A stretch of DNA of 53,992 nucleotides, the filler included, from Nitrospinota bacterium (GTDB taxonomy: Bacteria; JAUXIQ01): the NCBI GenBank assembly GCA_030620925.1. It is 12 parts of 12 records of this genome, joined end to end, with 100 filler letters (N's around TTAATTAATTAA, not from the genome) between each part and the next. Parts side by side here need not be neighbours in the genome. Positions count along the whole stretch, not along the records: positions 47,304 to 53,992 come from JAUXIQ010000112.1; 11 more parts are not named here. One strand, given 5' to 3'. How positions within the stretch are numbered: position 1 is the stretch's first letter; the number at the start of each line of letters is the position of its first letter. This document shows, one piece after another, positions 50,483 through 53,992 of the stretch. The notes beneath the pieces were generated by a model that was not told the origin of the DNA, did not search any database, and saw only the letters and a list, made by a program, of their open reading frames with translations. A program made the position numbers and the translations under genes.

Positions 50483-51319
50483 GTGGCTGAGATGGTAAAA
50501 ATCGCAGGTGTTCAGATGGACTCCAAGATAACCCAGAATGGCCTCAATCTGGAGAGGATAATGGACTATCTCCAGGAGGCGGCCGGAAACGGGGCGAAGA
50601 TAGTGGTATTTCCCGAGTGCGCCCTCACCGGTTACTGCTTTAACGACCTGGAAGAGGCCAGACCCTACGCCGAGCCCATCCCCGGGCCCAGCACCGAAGC
50701 CATGGGCGCGCTTTGCGCCAAGCTGGATGTTTATGCGGTGGTGGGCATGCTGGAGGCCGACGGCGAAGAAGTGTTTAACGCCGCCGCGCTGCTGGGGCCG
50801 CAAGGGCTGGTGGGCTCCTACAGGAAAATTCATCTCCCCTTCCTGGGCGTGGATCGCTTCGTAGCGCCGGGGGACAGACCCTTTTCGGTTTATCAAACAG
50901 GCGCCGGCAGGTTAGGCATTAACATCTGCTACGATGCGAGCTTTCCCGAAAGCTCGCGCATCATGTCCCTCCAGGGGGCAGAGCTAATCGCCCTGTCCAC
51001 CAACTGGCCCCAGGGGGTGGAGATAGTCCCCGATCACGTGATCAATACCCGCGCCCTGGAGAACAGAATAAACTATATCGCAGTTAACAGGGTCGGCGAG
51101 GAGCGAGGCTACCGTTTCTTCGGGCATGGCAAAGTGGTGGGGGCCAACGGGGCCACCATTGTAGCGGCCGGGTCCGAGGAAGAAATATTCTACGCCGAAG
51201 TAGACATGGGGGCCGCCCGCGATAAGAAAGTGGTGACAATCCCCGGCCAGTGGGAGGTGGACAGGATGAACGACCGCCGCCCGGAGCTCTACGGCGAGCT
51301 TGTCCAACCCAACCAGTAG
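50483..51319 (+). CDS. Carbon-nitrogen hydrolase (nitrilase/amidase family)
   Basis: Catalytic triad FPEC / YRKIHL / ICYD, RALEN, NRVG, DRRPELY. Confidence 0.93.
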   Translation: MAEMVKIAGVQMDSKITQNGLNLERIMDYLQEAAGNGAKIVVFPECALTGYCFNDLEEARPYAEPIPGPSTEAMGALCAKLDVYAVVGMLEADGEEVFNAAALLGPQGLVGSYRKIHLPFLGVDRFVAPGDRPFSVYQTGAGRLGINICYDASFPESSRIMSLQGAELIALSTNWPQGVEIVPDHVINTRALENRINYIAVNRVGEERGYRFFGHGKVVGANGATIVAAGSEEEIFYAEVDMGAARDKKVVTIPGQWEVDRMNDRRPELYGELVQPNQ

Positions 51320-51387
51320 TCAGCCGCGCCGCTTTCTCAACACCAGAGAGATAAATAATCGGTCTGATGCTATTGCCGGACCTCGGT

Positions 51388-53940
51388 TCATTTGTTGCCG
51401 TCGAAAAATTCCCGGACCGCCTTAAGCACTTCGTCTACAGTGCCCACAACGGTATTGCAGGGGGGAAGGGATCTGATGAACAGCTTACCGTAAGACTTTT
51501 CCACGATCCTCCTGTCCAATATGAGCACCGCACCGCTGTCCGTGGCCTTGCGGATCAATCTCCCGAATCCCTGTTTGAACTTGATGACAGCCTGAGGCAC
51601 GATATACTCGAGGAAGGCGTTTCCCCCCTGTTCCTCGATTTGCTGGCATCGGGCTTCCAGCACGGGCTCGGTGGGCACGCGAAAGGGCAGCCTGGCAAGG
51701 ATCACGCATTCCAGCGCCTCTCCTTCCACGTCCACCCCGTGCCAGAAGCTGTCTGTGGCGAACAGGACGGAGGTCTTGTCTCTCTTGAAAGCCTCCAGGA
51801 GCTGATGGCGTGGGCGCTGGCCCTGCTTGAGGGCGGTAATCCCCATCGCTGCAAGAGGTTCCTGCAACTGGTCGTGCACCCAGTCCAGCGACCTGTAGGA
51901 GGTGAAGAGGACGAAAGCTTTTCCGCCCGTGGCCTCCAATGTGCTGTATACGACGTCTTTCAGTGAGCCGTCGAAATTTTTCTCATTCGGTTCCGGTATG
52001 TCCGTGGGTATACCTATGATGACCTGGGTCTGGTAATCGAAGGGGGATGGGAGGAGCAGTTCTTCCATCCTGTCCTCGTCCACCAGGTCCAGGCCGAGGC
52101 GCGATTTGAGATGCTGGAAGCTGTTGTCCACGGTGAGGGTCGCTGAGGTGAGGGCCACGGTGGGTATTCGGTCGAAGAGGTTTTCCACCAGGTCGTTAGC
52201 CACATCCACAGGGGAAGAGAGGATTCGGACAATTTTTGCGCCCCGTTCTCCCATCCTCCCTTCCACCCAGGCCACCTCGTTTTTGCCTCCACCGGAGAGG
52301 ACTTGTAGCAGGTCGGCCCCCACGGCATCCAGCCTGTCGGCGGATACCCTCAGCTCGAAGCGTTGATCGGCCACCGGTTTTCCCACCGCCTCTTCGAGTT
52401 TTCTCGAGAGGCCGGACAGTTCTCGTGCCAACGATTTCAACTTCGCGGCGAGCTCGGAAACCTCAGTGTCCAATAAATCACTCCATCCCCGGGTGCCCAC
52501 CACCCGGGGCGTGAGGCGAAGCCTGAGCTCATCGTATTCCTGTCCTGTTTGGCGTGCGGTCTCTTCCAGAACGGCGTCGAGAGTCGCATTGGAAGTGGTC
52601 ACCAATTGGCGAACGGTTGGCATGAGGCTCCTTTCCACAGTCCTCACAATGTCGTCCAGCGTCCCGCCGCCGTCCCTTAACTTGCGCAGTGCGGCGAGGA
52701 GGTAGGGCAGCAGGCCTTTTCCTCCCCCGGAGGGGCTGTACAGTCTGCCCAGCATGCGGGTCATACCCAGCCTGGTTATCTGAGTGCCGAAATATGAAGT
52801 GGCAACGTCTTCTATGGTGTGCGCTTCGTCTATGATGAGGCGTCTGTATGGCGGGAGGATGGCCAGCGCGGAGTAGGTGCCGGTGAGCCTGCGCAGGGCC
52901 GTATCGGCGAAAAGGAGATGATGGTTCACCACCAGCAGGTCCGCCGCCGCCGCGTTTCTGCGAGCTGCGTTGACGAAGCAGCGCTTCTGGTCAGGGCAGC
53001 GGGTGCCCATGCAGTAGTCGCTCTCGGAGCAAAGTTTTTCCCATAGGGCGAGGGGCGGGACGAAGCTGAGCTCGGTGCGGCAGCCGGTGGCGGTATTCTT
53101 AACCCACTCCAGGAGGGTGTTCAGCGTCTCCATCTCGTCCGGTTCGGCCAAAAGCTCGGGCTCCCGCTCCAGTTGGGTGGTCTTCCTCAAGCAGACGTAA
53201 TTTCCCCGGCCTATTACCTGCACCGCCTTGAATTTCATATCCAGGGCTTTCTGCAGGAAGGGGATATCTTTGTGAACCAGTTGCTCCTGCAGGTTGATGG
53301 TGTTTGTGGAAATCACCACTCTCTCCCCGTTGTTCTTTGCCCAGTGGACGGCGGGAAGTAGATATGCCATAGTCTTACCCGTTCCGGTGCCCGCCTCCAC
53401 CAGGGCTATGCCGTTGCGGTTAAAGGCCCGGGCCGCGGCTTCGGTCATTTTGCCCTGCTGGGGACGGTGTTCATAACCGCTCAATTTCTGTGAGATCGTT
53501 CCGCCGGGCTCCAGGAGGGAAGCTAGTTCGACGGGGTCCAGGTGCTCGGCTTGCTTTTCCTTGAAGGCTTCCACCACCACATAGGCGGAAGTAGCGTCGT
53601 TGTCTATGATGTAAAATCCCACACCGCAGTTGCCCAGGGCCGAAGCCGTGCTGATATCCGCATCAGAAGGTGTGAGTTCGCCTGAAGGGTGGTTGTGGAT
53701 GACCACCTCTCCCCGGGAGGCCGCCTCCATGATGGCGGGGGCCGAGACCTCGTTCCCCCGCGCCGCCACCCGCACCTTCCGCACGCGGTCGCCTTCGGGG
53801 AGCTTCCCAACAAAGAAAACCTCGTTGCCTCCCGTCCCGGCTATCTCCTTCCTTATGGACTCGATTGCCTGCGGTGCGATAAGTTCCTCTATGTTCTCCA
53901 TGTCGTACCTTTTGCTGAATTCCGGGGCGAAGTTGTCCAT
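51388..53940 (-). CDS. DinG/YoaA-family ATP-dependent helicase with an N-terminal JAB/RadC-like domain
   Basis: N-terminal E...HNHPSGELTPSDAD; EAGTGTGKT, Fe-S cysteines, NHHLLF, DEAH, SATL, LFTSY, RLPF, QGFGRLIR; possible start at 53901. Confidence 0.92.
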   Translation of the reverse strand: MDNFAPEFSKRYDMENIEELIAPQAIESIRKEIAGTGGNEVFFVGKLPEGDRVRKVRVAARGNEVSAPAIMEAASRGEVVIHNHPSGELTPSDADISTASALGNCGVGFYIIDNDATSAYVVVEAFKEKQAEHLDPVELASLLEPGGTISQKLSGYEHRPQQGKMTEAAARAFNRNGIALVEAGTGTGKTMAYLLPAVHWAKNNGERVVISTNTINLQEQLVHKDIPFLQKALDMKFKAVQVIGRGNYVCLRKTTQLEREPELLAEPDEMETLNTLLEWVKNTATGCRTELSFVPPLALWEKLCSESDYCMGTRCPDQKRCFVNAARRNAAAADLLVVNHHLLFADTALRRLTGTYSALAILPPYRRLIIDEAHTIEDVATSYFGTQITRLGMTRMLGRLYSPSGGGKGLLPYLLAALRKLRDGGGTLDDIVRTVERSLMPTVRQLVTTSNATLDAVLEETARQTGQEYDELRLRLTPRVVGTRGWSDLLDTEVSELAAKLKSLARELSGLSRKLEEAVGKPVADQRFELRVSADRLDAVGADLLQVLSGGGKNEVAWVEGRMGERGAKIVRILSSPVDVANDLVENLFDRIPTVALTSATLTVDNSFQHLKSRLGLDLVDEDRMEELLLPSPFDYQTQVIIGIPTDIPEPNEKNFDGSLKDVVYSTLEATGGKAFVLFTSYRSLDWVHDQLQEPLAAMGITALKQGQRPRHQLLEAFKRDKTSVLFATDSFWHGVDVEGEALECVILARLPFRVPTEPVLEARCQQIEEQGGNAFLEYIVPQAVIKFKQGFGRLIRKATDSGAVLILDRRIVEKSYGKLFIRSLPPCNTVVGTVDEVLKAVREFFDGNK

Positions 53941-53992
53941 TCGTCAGGTGATAATATACATAACTTGAGCGGTTATTACTATACAGTCCTCA

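Noticed and set aside
1..53992. CRISPR arrays, rRNA, transposases, integrases, prophage or clustered defence systems
   Set aside because: No repeat-spacer periodicity or diagnostic protein motifs were seen by eye.

Overview
This window is not one continuous locus. It is 12 short contigs of a fragmented bacterial assembly (probably a MAG), joined by artificial 100-nt linkers (N44-TTAATTAATTAA-N44), so gene adjacency across linkers has no biological meaning. Most of the content is housekeeping: hppA, pth-rplY-prs-tRNA-Gln, mnmA, rsmD, nadC-birA-coaX, hisS-hisH-hisA-hisF, cbiB-cobD-glnE-gpsA-larB-larC, smc and an Fe(3+) ABC transporter. The rest is CoA-ester and B12-dependent metabolism typical of anaerobes: family I and III CoA transferases, an OYE-type reductase, a MaoC pair, an acyl-CoA ligase, a CitE-like lyase and a 2-oxoacid oxidoreductase subunit. 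The most notable observations are: (1) a split B12-dependent acyl-CoA mutase with several canonical substrate and catalytic residues replaced; (2) a reductive dehalogenase with three N-terminal TM helices and no Tat peptide or rdhB, next to a QueG-like protein; (3) an in-frame chimera of benzoyl-CoA reductase BcrC and an activase C-terminus, apparently a collapsed operon; (4) a JAB/RadC-domain DinG helicase; (5) a clear XerCD dif site; (6) NrdR-box-like sites upstream of smc; (7) a hairpin-dense intergenic segment. No CRISPR array, rRNA, transposase or prophage was seen. All calls come from motif recognition by eye; no searches were run.
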